Source: the human T2T-CHM13v2.0 reference genome, Homo sapiens | Reading direction: 5' to 3' (one strand) | Assembly (NCBI RefSeq): GCF_009914755.1 | Contig: NC_060942.1 | Length of the DNA stretch: 64,000 nt | Shown: positions 13,006 through 26,915 of the stretch, piece after piece | How the letters are laid out: each line of letters opens with the position of its first letter | How positions within the stretch are numbered: the stretch's first letter is position 1 | Made by a program: the position numbers and the translations under genes | The notes under the pieces: model-generated | Database searches by the model: none | What the model saw: the letters and a program-made list of their open reading frames with translations, nothing else | What the model was told of the DNA's origin: nothing

Positions 13006-16000
13006 CATTCTCAGAAACTAGTTTCTGATGTGTGTCCTCAACTAACACAGTTGAACATTTCTTTAGACAGAACAGTTTTGAAACTCTCTTTTTGTGGAAT
13101 CTGCAAGTGGCTATTTGGCTAGATTTGAGGATTTCGTTGGAAACGGGATTACATATAAAAAGCAGACAGCAGCATTCTCAGAACGTTCTTTGTGATGATT
13201 GCATTCAAGTCACAGAATTGAACATTCCCTTTCACAGAGCAGGTTTGAAACACTCTTTTTGTAGTGTGTGTAAGTGGACATTTGGAGCACTTTCCGGCCT
13301 AAGGTGAAAAAGGAAATATCTTCCCATAAAAACTAGACAGAAGCATTCTCAGAAACTTACTCGTGATGTGTGTCCTCAACTAAAGGAGTAGAACCTTTCT
13401 TTTCATAGAGAAGTTTTGAAACGCTCTTTTTGTGGAATCTGCAAGTGGATATTTGGCTAGTTTGGAGGATTTCGTTGGAAGCGGGAATTCATACAAATTG
13501 CAGACTGCAGCGTTCTGAGAAACATCTTTGTGATGTTTGTATTCAGGACACAGAGTTGAACATTCCCTATCATAGAGCAGGTTGGAATCACTCCTTTTGT
13601 AGTATCTGGAAGTGGACATTTGGAGCGCTTTCAGGCCTATGTTGGAAAAGGAAATATCTTCCCATAACAACTAGACAGAAGCATTCTCAGAAACTTATTT
13701 GAGATGTGTGTACTCAACTAAGAGAATTGAACCACCGTTTTGAAGGAGCAGTTTTGAAACACTCTTTTTCTGGAATCTGCAAGTGGATATTTGGCTAGCT
13801 TTGGGGATTTCGCTGGAAGCGGGAATACATATAAAAAGCACACAGCAGCGTTCTGAGAAACTGCTTTCTGATGTTTGCATTCAAGTCAAAAGTTGAACAC
13901 TCCCTTTCATAGAGCAGTCCTGAAACACTCCTTTTGTAGTATCTGGAACTGGACTTTTGGAGCGCTTTCAGGGCTAAGGTGAAAAAGGAAATATCTTCCC
14001 ATAAAAACTGGACAGAAGCATTCTCAGAAACTTGTTTATGCTGTATCTACTCAACTAACAAAGTTGAACCTTTCTTTTGATAGAGCAGTTTTGAAATGCT
14101 CTTTTTGTGGAATCTGCAAGTGGATATTTGGCTAGTTTTGAGGATTTCGCTGGAAGCGGGAATTCATACAAATTGCAGACTGCAGCGTTCTGAGAAACAT
14201 CTTTGTGATGTTTGTATTCAGGACAGAGAGTTGAACATTCCCTATCATAGAGCAGGTTGGAATCACTCCTTTTGTAGTATCTGGAAGTGGACATTTGGAG
14301 CGCTTTCAGGCCTATGTTGAAAAAGGAAATATCTTCCCATAACAACTAGACACAAGCATTCTCAGAAACTTGTTTGTGATGTGTGCCCTCTAGTGACAGA
14401 GTTGAACCTTTCTTTTCATAGAGCAGTTTTGAAACACTCTTTTTGTAGAATCTGCAAGAGGATATTTGCATAGCTTTGAGGATTTCGTGGGAAACGGGAT
14501 TGTCTTCAGGTAAAATCTAGACAGAAGCATTCTCAGAAACTTCTTTGGGATGTTTGCATTCAAGTCACAGAGTAGAACATTCCCTTTGGTAGAGCAGGTT
14601 TGAAACACTCTTTTTGTAGTATCTGGAAGTGGACATTTGGAGCGCTTTCAGGCCTATGTTGGAAAGGGAAATATCTTCCCGTAACAACTAGGCAGAAGCA
14701 TTCTCAGAAACTTATTTGAGATGTGTGTACTCAACTAAGAGAATTGAACCACCGTTTTGAAGGAGCAGTTTTGAAACACTCTTTTTCTGGAATCTGCAAG
14801 AGGATATTTGCCTAGCCTTGAGGATTTCGTTGGAAACGGGATTGTCTTCAGATCAAATCTAGACAGAAGCATTCTCAGAAACTTCTTTGGGATGTTTGCA
14901 TTCAAGTCACAGAGTAGAACATTCCCTTTGGTAGAGCAGGTTTGAAACACTCTTTTTGTAGTATCTGGAAGTGGACATTTGGAGCGCTTTCAGGCCTATG
15001 TTGGAAAGGGAAATATCTTCCCGTAACAACTAGGCAGAAGCATTCTCAGAAACTTATTTGAGATGTGTGTACTCAACTAAGAGAATTGAACCACCGTTTT
15101 GAAGGAGCAGTTTTGAAACACTCTTTTTCTGGAATCTGCAAGAGGATATTTCCCTAGCCTTGAGGATTTCGTTGGAAACGGGATTGTCTTCAGATCAAAT
15201 CTAGACAGAAGCATTCTCAGAAACTTCTTTGGGATGTTTGCATTCAAGTCACAGAGTAGAACATTCCCTTTGGTTGAGCAGGTTTGAAACACTCTTTTTT
15301 TAGTATATGGAAGTGGACATTTGGAGCGCTTTCAGGTCTACGTTGGAAAAGGAAATATCTTCCCATAACAACTAGACAGAAGCATTCTCAGAAACTAGTT
15401 TCTGATGTGTGTCCTCAACTAACACAGTTGAACATTTCTTTAGACAGAACAGTTTTGAAACACTCTTTTTGTGGAATCTGCAAGTGGCTATTTGGCTAGA
15501 TTTGAGGATTTCGTTGGAAACGGGATTACATATAAAAAGCAGACAGCAGCATTCTCAGAAAGTTCTTTGTGATGATTGCATTCAAGTCACAGAATTGAAC
15601 ATTCCCTTTCACAGAGCAGGTTTGAAACACTCTTTTTGTAGTGTGTGTAAGTGGACATTTGGAGCACTTTCCGGCCTAAGGTGAAAAAGGAAATATCTTC
15701 CCATAAAAACTAGACAGAAGCACTCTCAGAAACTTACTCGTGATGTGTGTCCTCAACTAAAGGAGTAGAACCTTTCTTTTCATAGAGAAGTTTTGAAACG
15801 CTCTTTTTGTGGAATCTGCAAGTGGATATTTGGCTAGTTTTGAGGATTTCGTTGGAAGCGGGAATTCATACAAATTGCAGACTGCAGCGTTCTGAGAAAC
15901 ATCTTTGTGATGTTTGTATTCAGGACACAGAGTTGAACATTCCCTATCATAGAGCAGGTTGGAATCACTCCTTTTGTAGTATCTGGAAGTGGACATTTGG

Positions 16001-17759
16001 AGCGCTTTCAGGCCTATGTTGGAAAAGGAAATATCTTCCCATAACAACTAGACAGAAGCATTCTCAGAAACTTATTTGAGATGTGTGTACTCAACTAAGA
16101 GAATTGAACCACCGTTTTGAAGGAGCAGTTTTGAAACACTCTTTTTCTGGAATCTGCAAGTGGATATTTGGCTAGCTTTGGGGATTTCGCTGGAAGCGGG
16201 AATACATATAAAAAGCACACAGCAGCGTTCTGAGAAACTGCTTTCTGATGTTTGCATTCAAGTCAAAAGTTGAACACTCCCTTTCATAGAGCAGTCCTGA
16301 AACACTCCTTTTGTAGTATCTGGAACTGGACTTTTGGAGCGCTTTCAGGGCTAAGGTGAAAAAGGAAATATCTTCCCATAAAAACTGGACAGAAGCATTC
16401 TCAGAAACTTGTTTATGCTGTATCTACTCAACTAACAAAGTTGAACCTTTCTTTTGATAGAGCAGTTTTGAAATGCTCTTTTTGTGGAATCTGCAAGTGG
16501 ATATTTGGCTAGTTTTGAGGATTTCGCTGGAAGCGGGAATTCATACAAATTGCAGACTGCAGCGTTCTGAGAAACATCTTTGTGATGTTTGTATTCAGGA
16601 CAGAGAGTTGAACATTCCCTATCATAGAGCAGGTTGGAATCACTCCTTTTGTAGTATCTGGAAGTGGACATTTGGAGCGCTTTCAGGCCTATGTTGAAAA
16701 AGGAAATATCTTCCCATAACAACTAGACACAAGCATTCTCAGAAACTTGTTTGTGATGTGTGCCCTCTAGTGACAGAGTTGAACCTTTCTTTTCATAGAG
16801 CAGTTTTGAAACACTCTTTTTGTAGAATCTGCAAGAGGATATTTGCATAGCTTTGAGGATTTCGTGGGAAACGGGATTGTCTTCAGGTAAAATCTAGACA
16901 GAAGCATTCTCAGAAACTTCTTTGGGATGTTTGCATTCAAGTCACAGAGTAGAACATTCCCTTTGGTAGAGCAGGTTTGAAACACTCTTTTTGTAGTATC
17001 TGGAAGTGGACATTTGGAGCGCTTTCAGGCCTATGTTGGAAAGGGAAATATCTTCCCGTAACAACTAGGCAGAAGCATTCTCAGAAACTTATTTGAGATG
17101 TGTGTACTCAACTAAGAGAATTGAACCACCGTTTTGAAGGAGCAGTTTTGAAACACTCTTTTTCTGGAATCTGCAAGAGGATATTTGCCTAGCCTTGAGG
17201 ATTTCGTTGGAAACGGGATTGTCTTCAGATCAAATCTAGACAGAAGCATTCTCAGAAACTTCTTTGGGATGTTTGCATTCAAGTCACAGAGTAGAACATT
17301 CCCTTTGGTAGAGCAGGTTTGAAACACTCTTTTTGTAGTATCTGGAAGTGGACATTTGGAGCGCTTTCAGGCCTATGTTGGAAAGGGAAATATCTTCCCG
17401 TAACAACTAGGCAGAAGCATTCTCAGAAACTTATTTGAGATGTGTGTACTCAACTAAGAGAATTGAACCACCGTTTTGAAGGAGCAGTTTTGAAACACTC
17501 TTTTTCTGGAATCTGCAAGAGGATATTTCCCTAGCCTTGAGGATTTCGTTGGAAACGGGATTGTCTTCAGATCAAATCTAGACAGAAGCATTCTCAGAAA
17601 CTTCTTTGGGATGTTTGCATTCAAGTCACAGAGTAGAACATTCCCTTTGGTTGAGCAGGTTTGAAACACTCTTTTTTTAGTATATGGAAGTGGACATTTG
17701 GAGCGCTTTCAGGTCTACGTTGGAAAAGGAAATATCTTCCCATAACAACTAGACAGAAG
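13006..17759 (+). repeat. Two tandem 14-mer HOR variants (2377 bp each)
   Basis: Unit starts at 13006, 15383, 17760; dimer ORFs at 14735/15077 and 17112/17454. Confidence 0.93.
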
Positions 17760-19794
17760 CATTCTCAGAAACTAGTTTCTGATGTGTGTCCTCAACTAAC
17801 ACAGTTGAACATTTCTTTAGACAGAACAGTTTTGAAACACTCTTTTTGTGGAATCTGCAAGTGGCTATTTGGCTAGATTTGAGGATTTCGTTGGAAACGG
17901 GATTACATATAAAAAGCAGACAGCAGCATTCTCAGAAAGTTCTTTGTGATGATTGCATTCAAGTCACAGAATTGAACATTCCCTTTCACAGAGCAGGTTT
18001 GAAACACTCTTTTTGTAGTGTGTGTAAGTGGACATTTGGAGCACTTTCCGGCCTAAGGTGAAAAAGGAAATATCTTCCCATAAAAACTAGACAGAAGCAC
18101 TCTCAGAAACTTACTCGTGATGTGTGTCCTCAACTAAAGGAGTAGAACCTTTCTTTTCATAGAGAAGTTTTGAAACGCTCTTTTTGTGGAATCTGCAAGT
18201 GGATATTTGGCTAGTTTTGAGGATTTCGTTGGAAGCGGGAATTCATACAAATTGCAGACTGCAGCGTTCTGAGAAACATCTTTGTGATGTTTGTATTCAG
18301 GACACAGAGTTGAACATTCCCTATCATAGAGCAGGTTTGAATCACTCCTTTTGTAGTATCTGGAAGTGGACATTTGGAGCGCTTTCAGGCCTATGTTGGA
18401 AAAGGAAATATCTTCCCATAACAACTAGACAGAAGCATTCTCAGAAACTTATTTGAGATGTGTGTACTCAACTAAGAGAATTGAACCACCGTTTTGAAGG
18501 AGCAGTTTTGAAACACTCTTTTTCTGGAATCTGCAAGTGGATATTTGGCTAGCTTTGGGGATTTCGCTGGAAGCGGGAATACATATAAAAAGCACACAGC
18601 AGCGTTCTGAGAAACTGCTTTCTGATGTTTGCATTCAAGTCAAAAGTTGAACACTCCCTTTCATAGAGCAGTCCTGAAACACTCCTTTTGTAGTATCTGG
18701 AACTGGACTTTTGGAGCGCTTTCAGGGCTAAGGTGAAAAAGGAAATATCTTCCCATAAAAACTGGACAGAAGCATTCTCAGAAACTTGTTTATGCTGTAT
18801 CTACTCAACTAACAAAGTTGAACCTTTCTTTTGATAGAGCAGTTTTGAAATGCTCTTTTTGTGGAATCTGCAAGTGGATATTTGGCTAGTTTTGAGGATT
18901 TCGTTGGAAGCGGGAATTCATACAAATTGCAGACTGCAGCGTTCTGAGAAACATCTTTGTGATGTTTGTATTCAGGACAGAGAGTTGAACATTCCCTATC
19001 ATAGAGCAGGTTGGAATCACTCCTTTTGTAGTATCTGGAAGTGGACATTTGGAGCGCTTTCAGGCCTATGTTGAAAAAGGAAATATCTTCCCATAACAAC
19101 TAGACACAAGCATTCTCAGAAACTTGTTTGTGATGTGTGCCCTCTACTGACAGAGTTGAACCTTTCTTTTCATAGAGCAGTTTTGAAACACTCTTTTTGT
19201 AGAATCTGCAAGAGGATATTTGCATAGCTTTGAGGACTTCGTGGGAAACGGGATTGTCTTCAGGTAAAATCTAGACAGAAGCATTCTCAGAAACTTCTTT
19301 GGGATGTTTGCATTCAAGTCACAGAGTAGAACATTCCCTTTGGTAGAGCAGGTTTGAAACACTCTTTTTATAGTATCTGGAAGTGGACATTTGGAGCGCT
19401 TTCAGGCCTATGTTGGAAAGGGAAATATCTTCCCGTAACAACTAGGCAGAAGCATTCTCAGAAACTTATTGGAGATGTGTGTACTCAACTAAGAGAATTG
19501 AACCACCGTTTTGAAGGAGCAGTTTTGAAACACTCTTTTTCTGGAATCTGCAAGAGGATATTTGCCTAGCTTTGAGGATTTCGTTGGAAACGGGATTGTC
19601 TTCAGATCAAATCTAGACAGAAGCATTCTCAGAAACTTCTTTGGGATGTTTGCATTCAAGTCACAGAGTAGAACATTCCCTTTGGTAGAGCAGGTTTGAA
19701 ACACTCTTTTTTTAGTATATGGAAGTGGACATTTGGAGCGCTTTCAGGCCTACGTTGGAAAAGGAAATATCTTCCCATAACAATTAGACAGAAG

Positions 19795-22700
19795 CATTCT
19801 CAGAAACTAGTTTCTGATGTGTGTCCTCAACTAACACAGTTGAACATTTCTTTAGACAGAACAGTTTTGAAACTCTCTTTTTGTGGAATCTGCAAGTGGC
19901 TATTTGGCTAGATTTGAGGATTTCGTTGGAAACGGGATTACATATAAAAAGCAGACAGCAGCATTCTCAGAACGTTCTTTGTGATGATTGCATTCAAGTC
20001 ACAGAATTGAACATTCCCTTTCACAGAGCAGGTTTGAAACACTCTTTTTGTAGTGTGTGTAAGTGGACATTTGGAGCACTTTCCGGCCTAAGGTGAAAAA
20101 GGAAATATCTTCCCATAAAAACTAGACAGAAGCATTCTCAGAAACTTACTCGTGATGTGTGTCCTCAACTAAAGGAGTAGAACCTTTCTTTTCATAGAGA
20201 AGTTTTGAAACGCTCTTTTTGTGGAATCTGCAAGTGGATATTTGGCTAGTTTGGAGGATTTCGTTGGAAGCGGGAATTCATACAAATTGCAGACTGCAGC
20301 GTTCTGAGAAACATCTTTGTGATGTTTGTATTCAGGACACAGAGTTGAACATTCCCTATCATAGAGCAGGTTGGAATCACTCCTTTTGTAGTATCTGGAA
20401 GTGGACATTTGGAGCGCTTTCAGGCCTATGTTGGAAAAGGAAATATCTTCCCATAACAACTAGACAGAAGCATTCTCAGAAACTTATTTGAGATGTGTGT
20501 ACTCAACTAAGAGAATTGAACCACCGTTTTGAAGGAGCAGTTTTGAAACACTCTTTTTCTGGAATCTGCAAGTGGATATTTGGCTAGCTTTGGGGATTTC
20601 GCTGGAGGCGGGAATACATATAAAAAGCACACAGCAGCGTTCTGAGAAACTGCTTTCTGATGTTTGCATTCAAGTCAAAAGTTGAACACTCCCTTTCATA
20701 GAGCAGTCCTGAAACACTCCTTTTGTAGTATCTGGAACTGGACTTTTGGAGCGCTTTCAGGGCTAAGGTGAAAAAGGAAATATCTTCCCATAAAAACTGG
20801 ACAGAAGCATTCTCAGAAACTTGTTTATGCTGTATCTACTCAACTAACAAAGTTGAACCTTTCTTTTGATAGAGCAGTTTTGAAATGCTCTTTTTGTGGA
20901 ATCTGCAAGTGGATATTTGGCTAGTTTTGAGGATTTCGTTGGAAGCGGGAATTCATACAAATTGCAGACTGCAGCGTTCTGAGAAACATCTTTGTGATGT
21001 TTGTATTCAGGACAGAGAGTTGAACATTCCCTATCATAGAGCAGGTTGGAATCACTCCTTTTGTAGTATCTGGAAGTGGACATTTGGAGCGCTTTCTGGC
21101 CTATGTTGAAAAAGGAAATATCTTCCCATAACAACTAGACACAAGCATTCTCAGAAACTTGTTTGTGATGTGTGCCCTCTACTGACAGAGTTGAACCTTT
21201 CTTTTCATAGAGCAGTTTTGAAACACTCTTTTTGTAGAATCTGCAAGAGGATATTTGCATAGCTTTGAGGATTTCGTGGGAAACGGGATTGTCTTCAGGT
21301 AAAATCTAGACAGAAGCATTCTCAGAAACTTCTTTGGGATGTTTGCATTCAAGTCACAGAGTAGAACATTCCCTTTGGTAGAGCAGGTTTGAAAAACTCT
21401 TTTTGTAGTATCTGGAAGTGGACATTTGGAGCGCTTTCAGGCCTATGTTGGAAAGGGAAATATCTTCCCGTAACAACTAGGCAGAAGCATTCTCAGAAAC
21501 TTATTTGAGATGTGTGTACTCAACTAAGAGAATTGAACCACCGTTTTGAAGGAGCAGTTTTGAAACACTCTTTTTCTGGAATCTGCAAGTGGATATTTGG
21601 CTAGCTTTGGGGATTTCGCTGGAGGCGGGAATACATATAAAAAGCACACAGCAGCGTTCTGAGAAACTGCTTTCTGATGTTTGCATTCAAGTCAAAAGTT
21701 GAACACTCCCTTTCATAGAGCAGTCCTGAAACACTCCTTTTGTAGTATCTGGAACTGGACTTTTGGAGCGCTTTCAGGGCTAAGGTGAAAAAGGAAATAT
21801 CTTCCCATAAAAACTGGACAGAAGCATTCTCAGAAACTTGTTTATGCTGTATCTACTCAACTAACAAAGTTGAACCTTTCTTTTGATAGAGCAGTTTTGA
21901 AATGCTCTTTTTGTGGAATCTGCAAGTGGATATTTGGCTAGTTTTGAGGATTTCGTTGGAAGCGGGAATTCATACAAATTGCAGACTGCAGCGTTCTGAG
22001 AAACATCTTTGTGATGTTTGTATTCAGGACAGAGAGTTGAACATTCCCTATCATAGAGCAGGTTGGAATCACTCCTTTTGTAGTATCTGGAAGTGGACAT
22101 TTGGAGCGCTTTCTGGCCTATGTTGAAAAAGGAAATATCTTCCCATAACAACTAGACACAAGCATTCTCAGAAACTTGTTTGTGATGTGTGCCCTCTACT
22201 GACAGAGTTGAACCTTTCTTTTCATAGAGCAGTTTTGAAACACTCTTTTTGTAGAATCTGCAAGAGGATATTTGCATAGCTTTGAGGATTTCGTGGGAAA
22301 CGGGATTGTCTTCAGGTAAAATCTAGACAGAAGCATTCTCAGAAACTTCTTTGGGATGTTTGCATTCAAGTCACAGAGTAGAACATTCCCTTTGGTAGAG
22401 CAGGTTTGAAACACTCTTTTTGTAGTATCTGGAAGTGGACATTTGGAGCGCTTTCAGGCCTATGTTGGAAAGGGAAATATCTTCCCGTAACAACTAGGCA
22501 GAAGCATTCTCAGAAACTTATTTGAGATGTGTGTACTCAACTAAGAGAATTGAACCACCGTTTTGAAGGAGCAGTTTTGAAACACTCTTTTTCTGGAATC
22601 TGCAAGAGGATATTTGCCTAGCTTTGAGGATTTCGTTGGAAACGGGATTGTGTTCAGATCAAATCTAGACAGAAGCATTCTCAGAAACTTCTTTGGGATG

Positions 22701-22846
22701 TTTGCATTCAAGTCACAGAGTAGAACATTCCCTTTGGTAGAGCAGGTGTGAAACACTCTTTTTTTAGTATATGGAAGTGGACATTTGGAGCGCTTTCAGG
22801 CCTACGTTGGAAAAGGAAATATCTTCCCATAACAACTAGACAGAAG
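19795..22846 (+). repeat. 18-mer HOR variant (m5-m10 duplicated, +1017 bp)
   Basis: Unit is 3052 bp; after m10 the monomer starting at 21488 continues as m5 (GTGGATATTTGGCTAGCTTTGGGG) instead of m11. Confidence 0.93.
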
Positions 22847-23863
22847 CATTCTCAGAAACTAGTTTCTGATGTGTGTCCTCAACTAACACAGTTGAACATT
22901 TCTTTAGACAGAACAGTTTTGAAACTCTCTTTTTGTGGAATCTGCAAGTGGCTATTTGGCTAGATTTGAGGATTTCGTTGGAAACGGGATTACATATAAA
23001 AAGCAGACAGCAGCATTCTCAGAAAGTTCTTTGTGATGATTGCATTCAAGTCACAGAATTGAACATTCCCTTTCACAGAGCAGGTTTGAAACACTCTTTT
23101 TGTAGTGTGTGTAAGTGGACATTTGGAGCACTTTCCGGCCTAAGGTGAGAAAGGAAATATCTTCCCATAAAAACTAGACAGAAGCATTCTCAGAAACTTA
23201 CTCGTGATGTGTGTCCTCAACTAAAGGAGTAGAACCTTTCTTTCATAGAGAAGTTTTGAAACGCTCTTTTTGTGGAATCTGCAAGTGGATATTTGGCTAG
23301 TTTGGAGGATTTCGTTGGAAGCGGGAATTCATACAAATTGCAGACTGCAGCGTTCTGAGAAACATCTTTGTGATGTTTGTATTCAGGACACAGAGTTGAA
23401 CATTCCCTATCATAGAGCAGGTTGGAATCACTCCTTTTGTAGTATCTGGAAGTGGACATTTGGAGTGCTTTCAGGCCTATGTTGGAAAAGGAAATATCTT
23501 CCCATAACAACTAGACAGAAGCATTCTCAGAAACTTATTTGAGATGTGTGTACTCAACTAAGAGAATTGAACCACCGTTTTGAAGGAGCAGTTTTGAAAC
23601 ACTCTTTTTCTGGAATCTGCAAGTGGATATTTGGCTAGCTTTGAGGATTTCGTTGGAAACGGGATTGTCTTCAGATCAAATCTAGACAGAAGCATTCTCA
23701 GAAACTTCTTTGGGATGTTTGCATTCAAGTCACAGAGTAGAACATTCCCTTTGGTAGAGCAGGTTTGAAACACTCTTTTTTTAGTATATGGAAGTGGACA
23801 TTTGGAGCGCTTTCAGGCCTACGTTGGAAAAGGAAATATCTTCCCATAACAATTAGACAGAAG
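22847..23863 (+). repeat. 6-mer HOR variant (m1-4, m5/m11 hybrid, m12)
   Basis: Unit is 1017 bp; the monomer at 23522 has m5 alleles up to 23634 and m11 alleles from 23644. Confidence 0.92.
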
Positions 23864-26800
23864 CATTCTCAGAAACTAGTTTCTGATGTGTGTCCTCAAC
23901 TAACACAGTTGAACATTTCTTTAGACAGAACAGTTTTGAAACTCTCTTTTTGTGGAATCTGCAAGTGGCTATTTGGCTAGATTTGAGGATTTCGTTGGAA
24001 ACGGGATTACATATAAAAAGCAGACAGCAGCATTCTCAGAACGTTCTTTGTGATGATTGCATTCAAGTCACAGAATTGAACATTCCCTTTCACAGAGCAG
24101 GTTTGAAACACTCTTTTTGTAGTGTGTGTAAGTGGACATTTGGAGCACTTTCCGGCCTAAGGTGAAAAAGGAAATATCTTCCCATAAAAACTAGACAGAA
24201 GCATTCTCAGAAACTTACTCGTGATGTGTGTCCTCAACTAAAGGAGTAGAACCTTTCTTTTCATAGAGAAGTTTTGAAACGCTCTTTTTGTGGAATCTGC
24301 AAGTGGATATTTGGCTAGTTTGGAGGATTTCGTTGGAAGCGGGAATTCATACAAATTGCAGACTGCAGCGTTCTGAGAAACATCTTTGTGATGTTTGTAT
24401 TCAGGACACAGAGTTGAACATTCCCTATCATAGAGCAGGTTGGAATCACTCCTTTTGTAGTATCTGGAAGTGGACATTTGGAGCGCTTTCAGGCCTATGT
24501 TGGAAAAGGAAATATCTTCCCATAACAACTAGACAGAAGCATTCTCAGAAACTTATTTGAGATGTGTGTACTCAACTAAGAGAATTGAACCACCGTTTTG
24601 AAGGAGCAGTTTTGAAACACTCTTTTTCTGGAATCTGCAAGTGGATATTTGGCTAGCTTTGGGGATTTCGCTGGAGGCGGGAATACATATAAAAAGCACA
24701 CAGCAGCGTTCTGAGAAACTGCTTTCTGATGTTTGCATTCAAGTCAAAAGTTGAACACTCCCTTTCATAGAGCAGTCCTGAAACACTCCTTTTGTAGTAT
24801 CTGGAACTGGACTTTTGGAGCGCTTTCAGGGCTAAGGTGAAAAAGGAAATATCTTCCCATAAAAACTGGACAGAAGCATTCTCAGAAACTTGTTTATGCT
24901 GTATCTACTCAACTAACAAAGTTGAACCTTTCTTTTGATAGAGCAGTTTTGAAATGCTCTTTTTGTGGAATCTGCAAGTGGATATTTGGCTAGTTTTGAG
25001 GATTTCGTTGGAAGCGGGAATTCATACAAATTGCAGACTGCAGCGTTCTGAGAAACATCTTTGTGATGTTTGTATTCAGGACAGAGAGTTGAACATTCCC
25101 TATCATAGAGCAGGTTGGAATCACTCCTTTTGTAGTATCTGGAAGTGGACATTTGGAGCGCTTTCTGGCCTATGTTGAAAAAGGAAATATCTTCCCATAA
25201 CAACTAGACACAAGCATTCTCAGAAACTTGTTTGTGATGTGTGCCCTCTACTGACAGAGTTGAACCTTTCTTTTCATAGAGCAGTTTTGAAACACTCTTT
25301 TTGTAGAATCTGCAAGAGGATATTTGCATAGCTTTGAGGATTTCGTGGGAAACGGGATTGTCTTCAGGTAAAATCTAGACAGAAGCATTCTCAGAAACTT
25401 CTTTGGGATGTTTGCATTCAAGTCACAGAGTAGAACATTCCCTTTGGTAGAGCAGGTTTGAAAAACTCTTTTTGTAGTATCTGGAAGTGGACATTTGGAG
25501 CGCTTTCAGGCCTATGTTGGAAAGGGAAATATCTTCCCGTAACAACTAGGCAGAAGCATTCTCAGAAACTTATTTGAGATGTGTGTACTCAACTAAGAGA
25601 ATTGAACCACCGTTTTGAAGGAGCAGTTTTGAAACACTCTTTTTCTGGAATCTGCAAGTGGATATTTGGCTAGCTTTGGGGATTTCGCTGGAGGCGGGAA
25701 TACATATAAAAAGCACACAGCAGCGTTCTGAGAAACTGCTTTCTGATGTTTGCATTCAAGTCAAAAGTTGAACACTCCCTTTCATAGAGCAGTCCTGAAA
25801 CACTCCTTTTGTAGTATCTGGAACTGGACTTTTGGAGCGCTTTCAGGGCTAAGGTGAAAAAGGAAATATCTTCCCATAAAAACTGGACAGAAGCATTCTC
25901 AGAAACTTGTTTATGCTGTATCTACTCAACTAACAAAGTTGAACCTTTCTTTTGATAGAGCAGTTTTGAAATGCTCTTTTTGTGGAATCTGCAAGTGGAT
26001 ATTTGGCTAGTTTTGAGGATTTCGTTGGAAGCGGGAATTCATACAAATTGCAGACTGCAGCGTTCTGAGAAACATCTTTGTGATGTTTGTATTCAGGACA
26101 GAGAGTTGAACATTCCCTATCATAGAGCAGGTTGGAATCACTCCTTTTGTAGTATCTGGAAGTGGACATTTGGAGCGCTTTCTGGCCTATGTTGAAAAAG
26201 GAAATATCTTCCCATAACAACTAGACACAAGCATTCTCAGAAACTTGTTTGTGATGTGTGCCCTCTACTGACAGAGTTGAACCTTTCTTTTCATAGAGCA
26301 GTTTTGAAACACTCTTTTTGTAGAATCTGCAAGAGGATATTTGCATAGCTTTGAGGATTTCGTGGGAAACGGGATTGTCTTCAGGTAAAATCTAGACAGA
26401 AGCATTCTCAGAAACTTCTTTGGGATGTTTGCATTCAAGTCACAGAGTAGAACATTCCCTTTGGTAGAGCAGGTTTGAAACACTCTTTTTGTAGTATCTG
26501 GAAGTGGACATTTGGAGCGCTTTCAGGCCTATGTTGGAAAGGGAAATATCTTCCCGTAACAACTAGGCAGAAGCATTCTCAGAAACTTATTTGAGATGTG
26601 TGTACTCAACTAAGAGAATTGAACCACCGTTTTGAAGGAGCAGTTTTGAAACACTCTTTTTCTGGAATCTGCAAGAGGATATTTGCCTAGCTTTGAGGAT
26701 TTCGTTGGAAACGGGATTGTGTTCAGATCAAATCTAGACAGAAGCATTCTCAGAAACTTCTTTGGGATGTTTGCATTCAAGTCACAGAGTAGAACATTCC

Positions 26801-26915
26801 CTTTGGTAGAGCAGGTGTGAAACACTCTTTTTTTAGTATATGGAAGTGGACATTTGGAGCGCTTTCAGGCCTACGTTGGAAAAGGAAATATCTTCCCATA
26901 ACAACTAGACAGAAG
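23864..26915 (+). repeat. 18-mer HOR variant, second copy
   Basis: Unit is 3052 bp with the same structure and private SNVs as 19795-22846. Confidence 0.93.

Noticed and set aside
19795-23863. 18-mer and 6-mer as reciprocal products of one unequal crossover
   Set aside because: Reciprocal products would end up on different chromatids, and the breakpoints differ (18-mer within the identical 5' tract, 6-mer at 23635-23643). SNVs show the 6-mer is a duplication junction.
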